From Actinomycetota bacterium (GTDB lineage: Bacteria; Actinomycetota; Actinomycetes; Actinomycetales; Microbacteriaceae), in the NCBI GenBank assembly GCA_020160915.1, contig JAIUPK010000001.1, positions 153,645-217,644 on the forward strand: a DNA stretch of 64,000 bases. The letters run 5' to 3'. The notes below the pieces were generated by a model. That model worked only from the letters and a program-made list of their open reading frames with translations. It did not search any database and was not told where the DNA came from. Below are positions 27,572-37,270 of the stretch, in pieces. The first letter of the stretch is position 1; every line of letters starts with the position of its first letter. The translations under genes were made by a program, and so were the position numbers.

Positions 27572-28332
27572 CCACCATCACACTGCCCTCGCCCCGTCCC
27601 ATAACGTCGCGCCTTCGGAGCGTGATGAAACTGCACATCGCCAACCCCTGGACGACGATCACTCTGCCGTGGATCATTCTCGGCACGATCTTCGCTGCCA
27701 ACCTGGCGATCTGGGCCCTCATCTTCCTGAACACACCGGAGTCGGCGCACGCCGACATCGCCAAAGGACTGCAGTGGAGCGGAGCCTCGCTCTACATCTT
27801 CGTGTACATGATGGTGGTGGCCATTCAGGCCGTCAACGTCACCTTCCCGTTTGCCCTCGGCTACGGCGTGACCCGGAGGGACTTCTTCCTCGGCACGGCA
27901 GTTCAGTTCGTCACCCTGTCGGCGATGTACGCGGCCGGCCTGACCATCCTTGCGACCATCGAGACAGCAACCAACGGATGGGGGCTGGGCGGCAGGATGT
28001 TCACCGCCGCGTACTTCGGCTCGGACCTCCCGTGGTACCTGCAGTTCTTCGTCTTCTTCGTACTGATGCTCTTCTTCTTCTTCGTGGGCGCAGTGCTGGG
28101 CGCGGTCTACGTGCGATGGAAGGCCACCGGCGTCACGTTCTTCTTGGTCGCTCTCGGTGCTCTGGTGATCCTGGCGCTGTACCTGCTGACTCTCACCGAC
28201 AGCTGGGCTGCGGTCGGTGAGTTCCTCGCTGCGGCGGGCTTCGTCGGCACCTACGCCTGGAGTCTGGTGATCACAGCGATCTCCGGCGTGGCCGGCTACC
28301 TCATCCTGCGGCGGGCAACCCCGCGCGCCTGA
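27568..28332 (+). CDS. ABC transporter permease
   Basis: About 6 TM helices; ATGA-coupled to the ATPase. Confidence 0.85.
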   Translation: MTTITLPSPRPITSRLRSVMKLHIANPWTTITLPWIILGTIFAANLAIWALIFLNTPESAHADIAKGLQWSGASLYIFVYMMVVAIQAVNVTFPFALGYGVTRRDFFLGTAVQFVTLSAMYAAGLTILATIETATNGWGLGGRMFTAAYFGSDLPWYLQFFVFFVLMLFFFFVGAVLGAVYVRWKATGVTFFLVALGALVILALYLLTLTDSWAAVGEFLAAAGFVGTYAWSLVITAISGVAGYLILRRATPRA

Positions 28333-28758
28333 CTAGCTGGGCGGCACCTGCCCCAGTTCCTGGAAGGCAGTGATCTGCAGTCCGCCGGGGGCGTCCAGAC
28401 GTGAGTTCAGCGAGTTCCACGGCGTGAGGGTGGGTGGGGCGACGACGGTCGCCCCACCGGCCTCGAGCGCCGTGGTCGCGGCCGCGGCATCCGCGACCTC
28501 GAAGGCCACCCTGATGCTGAGCGGGTAGGGGCGGGCGACCGGATGCCCCACCTCGACCTCGTCGATGAGCCTCACCTGCGCGGGGTTCGACAACTCCAGC
28601 GTCGCGGTCGGCACCGAGAGGATCACGACGCGAGCGCCGCCCTCCCCCTCGTAGGCCTCGAGTTCGGGCAGGCCGAGGGCGTCGCGATAGAAGGCGAGTG
28701 CTGCGTCGAAGTCCTCGGTCTCGACGACGAGGCGCAGCTGGGTGGGTGGTGTGATCAC
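28333..28758 (-). CDS. VOC (glyoxalase/bleomycin resistance) family protein
   Basis: AALAFYRDALGL, RVAFEVAD, TPWNS...RLDAPGG. Confidence 0.88.
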   Translation of the reverse strand: MITPPTQLRLVVETEDFDAALAFYRDALGLPELEAYEGEGGARVVILSVPTATLELSNPAQVRLIDEVEVGHPVARPYPLSIRVAFEVADAAAATTALEAGGATVVAPPTLTPWNSLNSRLDAPGGLQITAFQELGQVPPS

Positions 28759-28795
28759 GGAACGAGCCTAGGCCGATGACTCGTGCGGGGCTTTC

Positions 28796-28811
28796 TGGTA
28801 CATTTGTACCA
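28796..28811. promoter_or_regulatory. Inverted repeat, candidate TetR operator
   Basis: TGGTACA-TT-TGTACCA upstream of the SMR-TetR operon. Confidence 0.7.
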
Positions 28812-28825
28812 AAAGGAGTTGCATC

Positions 28826-29158
28826 ATGGGTTACGTATTCCTCGGGCTTGCCATAGTCGGCGAGGTCATCGCCACCACCTTCCTCAAGTTCACCTCGGGA
28901 GAGAAGGCCGTCTGGTGGGCCTACGCCATCGTGGGCGTCGGCTACGTCTTCGCCTTCGGGATGCTCTCGCTCGCCCTCGGTCGAGGAGTGCCCCTCGGCA
29001 CGGCGTACGCCATCTGGGCCGGAGTGGGGGTCGTGCTCGTGGCGGTCATCAGCTGGCTCGCGTTCGGCGAGTCGCTCACCTGGCAGCAAGTGCTGGGGAT
29101 CGTGCTCGTGACCGGAGGTGTCGTGCTACTGGAGGCCGGCGGGAAGCACGCGGCGTGA
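28826..29158 (+). CDS. SMR family efflux protein (EmrE/QacE-like)
   Basis: 110 aa, 4 TM, conserved Glu (GEVIAT), AYAIWAGVG. Confidence 0.92.
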   Translation: MGYVFLGLAIVGEVIATTFLKFTSGEKAVWWAYAIVGVGYVFAFGMLSLALGRGVPLGTAYAIWAGVGVVLVAVISWLAFGESLTWQQVLGIVLVTGGVVLLEAGGKHAA

Positions 29159-29700
29159 GCCTCACACCCAAGGGCGAGGCACGTCGTGCGGCGCTACTCG
29201 ATGCGGTGCTGCGAGTTCTCGAACGCGAGGGGCCGGGCGCCGTCACCCATCGCTCCGTCGCCCGCGAGGCGGGGGTGCCGCTCGCGGCGGCGACCTACTA
29301 CTTCGATGACCTCGACGACCTGTACCTCAGCGCGCTGCGACGAGCAACCGAAGAGCAGGTGACCCTGTTCGCGGGCACGGACATGGCTGACCTGCGCTCC
29401 GTGGCGCATCTCATCCATCGGTGGGCGACCGAGAACCGCGGGGCCGCCCTCGCCCAGTACGAACTCATGTTCCTCGCGATGCGCCGCGACGCCCTCCGCG
29501 CCGACGCGGAGGCCTGGTACGGCGCGCTGGAACACGCGATCGATCCCCACGGCAAGAACCCTCGACAGACCCGGGTGCGCGCGCTCGCCCTCGACGGTCT
29601 GCTGCTGAGGATCCTCTGGCTGGGTGAACCGTCTACGGTCGATGAGACAGAAAAGGCCCTGAGGGAGATCGTGGAGGAGACGCGAGCGGCCGCTACTTGA
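29155..29700 (+). CDS. TetR family regulator
   Basis: VTHRSVAREAGVPLAAATYYF HTH; GTGA overlap with the SMR gene. Confidence 0.9.
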   Translation: MSLTPKGEARRAALLDAVLRVLEREGPGAVTHRSVAREAGVPLAAATYYFDDLDDLYLSALRRATEEQVTLFAGTDMADLRSVAHLIHRWATENRGAALAQYELMFLAMRRDALRADAEAWYGALEHAIDPHGKNPRQTRVRALALDGLLLRILWLGEPSTVDETEKALREIVEETRAAAT

Positions 29701-30271
29701 GCGACTTCTGCATGAGCACCGTGCCGAGCCATCGGTCGAACTTGAAGCCGACCTTGCCCATGTGGCCGATCTCCTTGAAACCGAAGTTCTCGTGCATGGC
29801 GATCGACGCCTCGGCGCCCTTATCGGCGATCACCGCGATGATCTCCTTGAGCCCGGCGGCACGCGATCGGTCGATCAGCTCGGCGAGGAGCGCCTTGCCG
29901 AGTCCCTTGCCGGTGGATGCCGGGCCGAGGTAGATCGAGTTCTCCACCGTGTAGCGGTAGGCGGCCTTCTCCTTCCACGGATACACGTAGGCGTAGCCGA
30001 GCAACTGGCCCGCCGGATTCTCGGCTACCAGGAACGGCATCTTCTTCTCCTGCACCTTGGCGAACTTGCGCTTGAAGTCCGCGAGGGTCATGGGCTTCTC
30101 GTCGAAGGTGACTGTCGAGTTCAGCACGTAGTGGTTGTAGATCTCGCGCACATGGGGAAGGTCGGTGACCGTGGCATCCCGGATCGAGTATGCGAAGGGC
30201 GTCTCGGGGGCAGGTTTCGGCGCCAGATGCGGCGGCAGCTTGCGCCTGGGCTGGTACTCCTCCTCCAGCAT
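29693..30271 (-). CDS. GNAT acetyltransferase, YncA/Pat family
   Basis: IYNHYV...TVTFDE, VENSIYL, GKGLGKALL, HENFGF, GFKFDRWL. Confidence 0.9.
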   Translation of the reverse strand: MLEEEYQPRRKLPPHLAPKPAPETPFAYSIRDATVTDLPHVREIYNHYVLNSTVTFDEKPMTLADFKRKFAKVQEKKMPFLVAENPAGQLLGYAYVYPWKEKAAYRYTVENSIYLGPASTGKGLGKALLAELIDRSRAAGLKEIIAVIADKGAEASIAMHENFGFKEIGHMGKVGFKFDRWLGTVLMQKSLK

Positions 30272-30301
30272 CAGCGCTCCCCGCTCGTCATGCGCACGAG
30301 T

Positions 30302-31120
30302 CTAAGTGACATCCTTGCGCCACGATGTCAGGAATCCGGCCAGGGCAAGAACGACGCCCAGCCCGAGCAGCACGAGGCCGCCCTGCCACCACTCCAGGGA
30401 CTGAACAGACGTGGTACCGGTGCCGAGCGAGGTGAAGATGCTCGAGCCGACCAAGGCGTCGCTGGCCGCTCCCGGAAGGAACTTGCCGACCGCCGCTGTC
30501 CAGTCCCAGATGGATGCGCCCAACCGCAGGATCGGCTCCACGAACTGCGCGAACGCGAGCACGACCACGATCGAAGCCACCTGATTGGTGATGAGGCTGC
30601 CGACTCCGACGCCGATCACCGCCCACAACGCCGAGGCGATGACGACCCGACCGGCGAGCAGCCAGGTGTCGGCGCTGCCCAGCTGAGGATCGATTCCGCT
30701 GACCGCGAGAATCGAACCCCCGATGCCCATGGATGCCACCAGCCCGACGATTCCGAACACCGCACCCGCCACGGCCAGAACCGTGACCTTCGCACCGAGC
30801 ACGATCCCCCGACGCGGACTGGCGAGGAACGTGGGTGTCAAGGTCTGGTACCGGAATTCCGAGGTCACCGAGAGTGCCCCGAGAATCAGCGGGATCACGT
30901 AGCCCACCGCCGTCACCGTGCTGTAGATGAGCGGAGGAAGGGCGTCTGGCGGCAGTTGCGGGGCGTTGGGACTCGACGCCAGCTGGTCGCCGAGCGAGCC
31001 GAACACGCCGGCGAGCAGGCCGGCAGTGAAGCCGACGTAGCCGAAGAGGGTGAGCGACAACACCCACCACAGCCGCACGGTCGTCAGCTTGCGGAACTCC
31101 GACCTCAGCGCGCCGATCAT
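30302..31120 (-). CDS. ABC-2 type permease
   Basis: ALRSEFRKL, SEFRYQTL..TFLA; about 6 TM. Confidence 0.87.
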   Translation of the reverse strand: MIGALRSEFRKLTTVRLWWVLSLTLFGYVGFTAGLLAGVFGSLGDQLASSPNAPQLPPDALPPLIYSTVTAVGYVIPLILGALSVTSEFRYQTLTPTFLASPRRGIVLGAKVTVLAVAGAVFGIVGLVASMGIGGSILAVSGIDPQLGSADTWLLAGRVVIASALWAVIGVGVGSLITNQVASIVVVLAFAQFVEPILRLGASIWDWTAAVGKFLPGAASDALVGSSIFTSLGTGTTSVQSLEWWQGGLVLLGLGVVLALAGFLTSWRKDVT

Positions 31121-32070
31121 GCTGACACCCGCGCGATACCCTCGGTCGTGCCCGCCGCGGTGCCGTCCGCATCCGACCCGACGAGCTGGAGGAAGACCTC
31201 CTCGAGACCGACCGACTCCGTGATGAGCAGGCTGAGCGGTACCCCGGCGGCAAGGGCGGCGGCACCGGCCTCACCCGCGGTGATGCCGGTGGCCAGCAGC
31301 GCGTCATCCGTCGGCCGCACCTGGGCGCCGGCAGAACTGAGGGCGTTCGTGAGCGCCGCGCGGTCGGATGAGTCGATCCGCACGACCTGGCCCGTCTCGA
31401 GGCCATCGAGGGATCCCTCGTACACGGATCGTCCGCGCGAGATGATGACTACCCAGTCGACGGTCTGCTGCACCTCGGCGAGCAGGTGCGAGGAGACCAG
31501 CACCGTGCGTCCCTCGGCGGCGAGACTCTGGAGGAACCCCCGCATCCAGCGGATCCCCTCCGGATCGAGGCCGTTGGTCGGCTCGTCGAGCACGAGCACG
31601 TCGGGGTCGCCGAGTAGCGCGAACGCGAGGCCCAGACGCTGGCGCATGCCGAGCGAATAGCCGCCGACCCGGCGATCGGCGTACTCGGCGAGCCCGACGA
31701 TGCCGAGCACCTCGTCGACCCGGGCAGGAGCGATGCCCGCGGCCGCCGCGTACACCCGGAGGTGATTGCGGGCCGAGCGCCCGGGATGGAAGTCAGACGC
31801 CTCGAGCGCCGTTCCGACGGTCGCCAGGGGCTTCTCGAGTTCGGAGTACCGGCGGCCACCGATCGTGGCGACTCCGCTCGTGGGATTCACGAGGCCGAGC
31901 AGCATGCGCAGGGTCGTGGTCTTGCCCGCGCCGTTGGGACCGAGGAAGCCGGTCACGCGACCGGGCTCGACCGTGAAGCTCAGATCGGAGACGGCCCGGA
32001 CTGTGCCGAACGACTTCGACAGGTTGGTGAACTGCAGGGTCGTCCCGGAGCCGATAGTTCTAGTTCGCAT
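31117..32070 (-). CDS. ABC transporter ATP-binding protein
   Basis: GPNGAGKTT, YSLGMRQRL, LDEPTNGLD, VSSH. Start placed at ATG 32070. Confidence 0.93.
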   Translation of the reverse strand: MRTRTIGSGTTLQFTNLSKSFGTVRAVSDLSFTVEPGRVTGFLGPNGAGKTTTLRMLLGLVNPTSGVATIGGRRYSELEKPLATVGTALEASDFHPGRSARNHLRVYAAAAGIAPARVDEVLGIVGLAEYADRRVGGYSLGMRQRLGLAFALLGDPDVLVLDEPTNGLDPEGIRWMRGFLQSLAAEGRTVLVSSHLLAEVQQTVDWVVIISRGRSVYEGSLDGLETGQVVRIDSSDRAALTNALSSAGAQVRPTDDALLATGITAGEAGAAALAAGVPLSLLITESVGLEEVFLQLVGSDADGTAAGTTEGIARVSA

Positions 32071-32129
32071 AGAACAATAGTGACAGATCGGCGCGGCCGG
32101 CGCCAGTGCCGAACGACCTCTGATCGAAG

Positions 32130-32807
32130 TCAGGCCAGTGACCAGTCGACGGGCTCGGCACCCTGCGCAACCAGCAGCTCGTTGGCCCGACTGAAGGGAC
32201 GCGAGCCGAAGAATCCGTTGTGCGCCGAGAGCGGGCTGGGGTGCACGGAGGTGATCGTCGGTGTCGCACCGAGCAGGGGCTTCAGGCTCGCGGCATCCCG
32301 GCCCCACAGAATCGCCACCAGCGGACCACCGCGGGCGACGAGCGCCCCGATCGCGGCCTCGGTCACCGCCTCCCAGCCCTTGCCACGGTGCGACCCGGAC
32401 GCCCCCGCCTGCACCGTCAGCACCCGGTTGAGCAGCATCACTCCGTGCTCGGCCCACGGTGTGAGATCTCCGTGGGTGGCGGGCGCAAGGCCGAGGTCGT
32501 CGTGCAGCTCCTTGTAGATGTTCGCCAGGCTGCGTGGCACCGGTCGCACGTCGCGTTCGACCGCGAACGAGAGACCGATCGGATGCCCGGGCGTGGGGTA
32601 CGGGTCCTGCCCGACGATGAGCACCCGCACGTCGGCCAGCGGATAGGTGAACGCGCGCAGCACCCGGTCCCCCGCCGGAAGGTAGCGGCGCCCGGCCGCG
32701 GTCTCGGCCCGCAGGAACTCCCCCATCGCTGCGATCTGGGGCTCGACGGGGTGCAGCGCGGCGGCCCACCCGGGATCGACGAGTTCGGCGAGCGGCTTCG
32801 GTGCCAT
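32130..32807 (-). CDS. ung: Uracil-DNA glycosylase (family 1)
   Basis: [33 protein letters not shown]. Confidence 0.95.
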   Translation of the reverse strand: MAPKPLAELVDPGWAAALHPVEPQIAAMGEFLRAETAAGRRYLPAGDRVLRAFTYPLADVRVLIVGQDPYPTPGHPIGLSFAVERDVRPVPRSLANIYKELHDDLGLAPATHGDLTPWAEHGVMLLNRVLTVQAGASGSHRGKGWEAVTEAAIGALVARGGPLVAILWGRDAASLKPLLGATPTITSVHPSPLSAHNGFFGSRPFSRANELLVAQGAEPVDWSLA

Positions 32808-32820
32808 GGTCGCTGGGCGC

Positions 32821-33303
32821 TCAGGCCTCGAGCGTCACCGGCGGCTCGGCCGACCACGGGAAGGTGATCCACTGGGCGGTGCGGCGCCAGGTGTATGCGG
32901 GCTCGTGCACCGTGCCGGGCTTGGTGTACAGCACGGCGGTTCGCACCTCGGCGCCCATTCCCTCCAGGAGAGTCACGACCATGGCGAGAGTTCGACCGGA
33001 GTCGGAGACGTCGTCGACGAGCAGCACCTTCTTGCCGTCGATCGACTGGGCGTCGAGGAAGGGCGGAAGCAGGATCGGGGTGTCGAGACGCGTGCCCACG
33101 CCGGTGTAGAACTCGGCGTTGACGGCACCGCAACTCTTGAGCCCCAGCGCGTAGGCGATACCGCCCGCCAGCAGGAGTCCACCCCGGGCGATGGCGACCA
33201 CGACTTCGGCCTCGAAACCGCTTCGGATCACGTCCAACGCCAGGTCGCGGGATGCACTCCCGAAGTCGCTCCAGGTGAGCACTTCGCGTTCGTCGTCGGC
33301 CAT
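32821..33303 (-). CDS. Phosphoribosyltransferase (type I)
   Basis: [25 protein letters not shown]. Confidence 0.9.
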   Translation of the reverse strand: MADDEREVLTWSDFGSASRDLALDVIRSGFEAEVVVAIARGGLLLAGGIAYALGLKSCGAVNAEFYTGVGTRLDTPILLPPFLDAQSIDGKKVLLVDDVSDSGRTLAMVVTLLEGMGAEVRTAVLYTKPGTVHEPAYTWRRTAQWITFPWSAEPPVTLEA

Positions 33304-33374
33304 GCCACTACGGTAGCGCGCCGGTCAGCCGAGTTCGTTCACCCGCGGGAGCGCGACGGTTGTAGCATCCGTTC

Positions 33375-34847
33375 ATGTCACTGGTGAAAGAGAAGGCCGG
33401 CGCTATCACGTTCGGCCTCGTGGGTTTCCTGTTCCTCGTCGAGCTGGTCAGCGGAATCCTGCAGGGTTTCTATGTTCCGCTCATCCCCGATCTCGTCGAT
33501 CATCTGGGCATCAAGGACGCCGACTTCAACTGGTTCGAGGCCGCGCAACTGCTCCTGAGCGCCATCGTGGTGCCGATTCTCGCCAAGTGCGGTGACATGT
33601 TCGGGCACAAGCGCATCCTGCTGATCGCGACGGTGCTGACCGCCGGCTCGACCTGGGCTCTGGCGTTCACCAACTCGTTCACGACCTTCCTCATCGCGTG
33701 GGCTCTACAGGGCTTCTACGTGGTGTGGCTGCCCCTCGAGGTGGCCCTCATCTTCGACCGCGGGCGCGTCACCGGTCGTGGTGCATCGCAGACGAGGCGC
33801 GCCGCCGGATACCTCGTGGTCGCCCTCGAGGCCGGTGCGATCATCGGCGCTCTCGGCGCCGGGCGCATCTTCAAGGCCCTCGGCGGGGACGTGCAGACCA
33901 CCCTCATGGTGCCCGCCGTCGCGGTGACCCTCGTGTTCTTCGCGATCCTGTTCGGGGTGCCGGAGTCGAAGCCGCTGCCGGGTCGCTCACTCGACCTGTG
34001 GGGCTTCGTGCTTCTGACCATCGGGCTGCTGTTCATCACGTCCGGTCTGACCTTCCTGCGCATCAACGGGCCGACCGCCTGGTGGTGCTACCTGCTGATG
34101 GTCGTGGGGGTGCTCATCTTCATCCCGTGGAGTCGCTACGAGCTCAAGCAGAAAGATCCAGCGATCGATCTGCGCGTACTGAAGCAGCCGAACATGTGGC
34201 CGGTGCAACTGACCGCCGGCCTCGTCGGCATCAGCCTGCTGGGCGCCCAGGCACCGCTGGCCACGTTCGCGGGCACCGACCCCATCAACGGGTACGGCCT
34301 CGGCATGGCGGCCGACGAGATCTCGTACATCATCGGGGCGTACCTCGTGTCGATGATCGCGGGCGCTCTGCTGTTCCCGCGAGTGTCGAAGTGGTTCAGT
34401 CCCCGCATCGCCCTCATCATCGCCACGTTCTTCGTGGCCACCGGCTATCTGCTGTTCCTCGTCAACCACACCTCGGTCGCTGGCGTGTTCGTCAACATGG
34501 CGATCGCGGGCATCGGCTCCGGCGCGCTCGTGGGGGCCCTCCCGTCGGCTGCCGCGGCTGCCGCTCCGCGCGGGCAGACCGGCATCGCGACCGCGCTCAC
34601 CAACACGACCAAGACGATCGGTGGATCCTTCGCCTCGGCGACGTTTGCAATCGTGCTCGCGGCCGGGGCGGCCGGCGCGGTTACGGCGACCGCGTCGAGC
34701 CTGCTCGGCTACCTCACGGTGTTCACGATCTGTGGCGTCGGTGCGCTCGTGGCAGCGGTGCTGCTGTTCCTCGTGCCGAAGCTCGCCTTCGCCGACGTGG
34801 AGGAGGCACTACTCGAGGAGAACGAGGCCGCGGCGGTCGCCGAGTAG
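33375..34847 (+). CDS. MFS transporter (about 14 TM)
   Basis: KCGDMFGHKR motif A; many TM helices. Confidence 0.9.
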   Translation: MSLVKEKAGAITFGLVGFLFLVELVSGILQGFYVPLIPDLVDHLGIKDADFNWFEAAQLLLSAIVVPILAKCGDMFGHKRILLIATVLTAGSTWALAFTNSFTTFLIAWALQGFYVVWLPLEVALIFDRGRVTGRGASQTRRAAGYLVVALEAGAIIGALGAGRIFKALGGDVQTTLMVPAVAVTLVFFAILFGVPESKPLPGRSLDLWGFVLLTIGLLFITSGLTFLRINGPTAWWCYLLMVVGVLIFIPWSRYELKQKDPAIDLRVLKQPNMWPVQLTAGLVGISLLGAQAPLATFAGTDPINGYGLGMAADEISYIIGAYLVSMIAGALLFPRVSKWFSPRIALIIATFFVATGYLLFLVNHTSVAGVFVNMAIAGIGSGALVGALPSAAAAAAPRGQTGIATALTNTTKTIGGSFASATFAIVLAAGAAGAVTATASSLLGYLTVFTICGVGALVAAVLLFLVPKLAFADVEEALLEENEAAAVAE

Positions 34848-34858
34848 CGAACGCTTGA

Positions 34859-34880
34859 TTCTCTGACTAAAGTCAGAGAA
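34859..34880. promoter_or_regulatory. Inverted repeat abutting the MarR-GNAT start codon, candidate autoregulatory operator
   Basis: TTCTCTGACT-AA-AGTCAGAGAA, perfect 10-bp arms; contains TAAAGT 7 nt before the ATG. Confidence 0.75.
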
Positions 34881-35759
34881 ATGGACGAAGTTCAGGTCGG
34901 CGTCGTACGGCAGTTCAACCGCACGGTCACCCAGCGCGTGGGCGCGCTCAACGACTCCTTCCTCTCCCGTGGACGCCCCCTCGGTCACTCGCGCGTGCTG
35001 TGGGAGATCGGCGATGGTGCCGAGCTGCGGGAGCTGCGGGCTCGGCTCGACCTGGACTCCGGCTACCTCAGCCGCATCCTTCGCTCGCTGGAGACCGACG
35101 GGCTCGCCACGGTCAGCACCGACGACGACGACAGGCGCGTGCGTCGCATCACCCTCACCCCGGCCGGGCTCCGCGAGCGCGCCGCCCTCGACGAGCTCTC
35201 CGATGCCCAGGCGAGCGCGATGCTCGACCCCCTGGGCGACCGGCAGCGCGTCGAGCTCGCCGGGGCTATGGCGACCGTCAGTCGACTGCTCGAGGCATCG
35301 GCAATCACCGTAAGCCTCGCGGATCCGGCAAGTCCGGCCGTGCGCGCGAGCATGGCCGCCTACTTCGACGAACTCGCCCGCAGGTTCGAGGCGGGCTTCG
35401 ACCCGGCCGTCACCCTGCCGACCGCCGACGAGCAGTTCCGGCTGCCCGCGGGGCTGGTGCTGCTCGCCACCCTCCACGACCGCCCCGTCGGCTGCGTCGG
35501 GCTGAAGCTCCACGAGGGCGGTGTGGGCGAGGTGAAGCGGCTGTGGGTGTCGAGCGAAGTGCGGGGGCTCGGGCTGGCACGACGGATGCTCGGCCGCATC
35601 GAAGCCGAGGGCTCGAGCCGGGGCATCCACACCCTGAGGCTCGACACCAACCGGGCTCTCACGGAGGCCATCGCGCTCTACCGCGCGCTCGGTTACCGCG
35701 AGATTGACGCCTACAACGACGAGCCCTACGCCCACCACTGGTTTGAGAAGAGGATCTGA
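34881..35759 (+). CDS. Bifunctional MarR HTH / GNAT protein
   Basis: LDLDSGYLSRILRSL...DRRVRRITLT (MarR); GEVKRLWV..RGLGLAR, LDTN, LYRALGY (GNAT). Confidence 0.9.
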   Translation: MDEVQVGVVRQFNRTVTQRVGALNDSFLSRGRPLGHSRVLWEIGDGAELRELRARLDLDSGYLSRILRSLETDGLATVSTDDDDRRVRRITLTPAGLRERAALDELSDAQASAMLDPLGDRQRVELAGAMATVSRLLEASAITVSLADPASPAVRASMAAYFDELARRFEAGFDPAVTLPTADEQFRLPAGLVLLATLHDRPVGCVGLKLHEGGVGEVKRLWVSSEVRGLGLARRMLGRIEAEGSSRGIHTLRLDTNRALTEAIALYRALGYREIDAYNDEPYAHHWFEKRI

Positions 35760-36460
35760 TGCCCGATATCGCCGCACGTTTCGCCGAGCTGACCACTCCC
35801 CACCTTGCCGACGCCTGCGTGCGGGCCGGAGTCGAAGTGCGGTGCGCGCCCGCGCAGATCCAGGCGCTGTCGCCCGGGATGCGACTCATCGGCCGGGTAC
35901 TGCCGGCCCGCCACGTCGGCAGCGTCGACGTCTTCTTGGAAGCGATCGAGAACGCGCAGCCCGGCGACGTACTGGTCGCCGACAACCGGGGCCGCGTCGA
36001 CGAGAGCTGCATAGGCGACCTCATGGCGCAGGAGGCGGCGACAGCCGGCCTCGCGGGAATCGTGATCTGGGGGCTCCACCGCGACACCGTCGACATTGCG
36101 GCCATCGACATCCCGCTGTTCAGCTGCGGTTCGATCCCCACCGGACCCCTGAGCGTGGATGCCCGCCCGAGCGCCGCGCTCGACTCCGCCCAGATCGGCG
36201 ACTGGACCGTCGACTTCAATGACCTCGTGGCGGCCGACGACGACGGTGTGCTGTTCCTGCCGGCGGACCGTATCGACGAGCTCCTCACCCTCGCCGAGGG
36301 CATCCGGGATACCGAGCGACGGCAGGCGGACCGCATCGTCGACGGGGTGACCCTGCGGCAGCAGGTACGTTTCTCCGACTACCTGGCCGCCCGCGCCGCG
36401 AATCCCGCGCTGACCTTCCGTGAGCACCTGCGCACCGTGGGCGGCGAGATCGAGGTCTAG
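35759..36460 (+). CDS. RraA / HMG aldolase family protein
   Basis: LADAC, PGDVLVADN, GDLMA, IVIWGLHRD. Confidence 0.87.
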   Translation: MPDIAARFAELTTPHLADACVRAGVEVRCAPAQIQALSPGMRLIGRVLPARHVGSVDVFLEAIENAQPGDVLVADNRGRVDESCIGDLMAQEAATAGLAGIVIWGLHRDTVDIAAIDIPLFSCGSIPTGPLSVDARPSAALDSAQIGDWTVDFNDLVAADDDGVLFLPADRIDELLTLAEGIRDTERRQADRIVDGVTLRQQVRFSDYLAARAANPALTFREHLRTVGGEIEV

Positions 36461-36467
36461 GCGCTGG

Positions 36468-37241
36468 CTAGCGCGGTTTCAGTTCGCCGCGCACCACCTT
36501 GTGCGGTGCCGCCTGGGCGACCGGCTTGATGGTGACGAGGTCGAGGTCGACGTGGAACGGCAACTCGATCGAGTGCACGATCGCCTCGGCCACGTCCTCG
36601 GCGTACAGCGGGTTGGGCACGTTGTCGTAGACGGCGTCCGCCCTCGCCTGATCACCGCCGAAGCGCACCAGCGAGAACTCGTCGGTCTTGACCATGCCCG
36701 GCGCGATCTCGATCACCCGGATCGGTTCGCCCGCAAGCTCGAGCCGCAGCACGGCGGTCATCGCGTGCTCGGCGAACTTCGCGGCGTTGTAGCCCCCGCC
36801 GCCCTCGTAGGCTACGTGGCCGGCGATCGAGGTGATCATCACGATGTCGGCGCTGGACCCCCGGTCTACTCCGGCGCGCAGCAGCGGAAGCAGAGCACTC
36901 GTCACGCGCTTCGTGCCGATTACATTGACGTCGAACATGCGGGACCAGTCGTCCGGGTCGGAGTCCTCGACGCTCGCCAGCCCGTACGCACCACCCGCAT
37001 TGTTGACGAGGGAGTGGATCGGGCCGAGCGCCGCGAGGTGGTCGCGCAGGGCATCCACGTCGGCCTGCTTCGTGACGTCGGCGACGAAGACGTCGGCACC
37101 GGTCTCGGCCGCGAGAACCTCAAGCCGGTCGGCGCGTCGCGCGACGCCGACGACATCCCAGCCGTGTGAGCGCAGTAGCCGCACCGTCGCCGCTCCGATG
37201 CCCGAACTCGCCCCGGTCACTACTGCGCGTCGTGCTGTCAT
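36468..37241 (-). CDS. SDR oxidoreductase (YdfG-like)
   Basis: VTGASSGIG, VNNAGG, YNAAK, EIAPGMV. Confidence 0.92.
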   Translation of the reverse strand: MTARRAVVTGASSGIGAATVRLLRSHGWDVVGVARRADRLEVLAAETGADVFVADVTKQADVDALRDHLAALGPIHSLVNNAGGAYGLASVEDSDPDDWSRMFDVNVIGTKRVTSALLPLLRAGVDRGSSADIVMITSIAGHVAYEGGGGYNAAKFAEHAMTAVLRLELAGEPIRVIEIAPGMVKTDEFSLVRFGGDQARADAVYDNVPNPLYAEDVAEAIVHSIELPFHVDLDLVTIKPVAQAAPHKVVRGELKPR

Positions 37242-37270
37242 GAGTCAAAAGTAGCTTGACCGCGTGGCCG

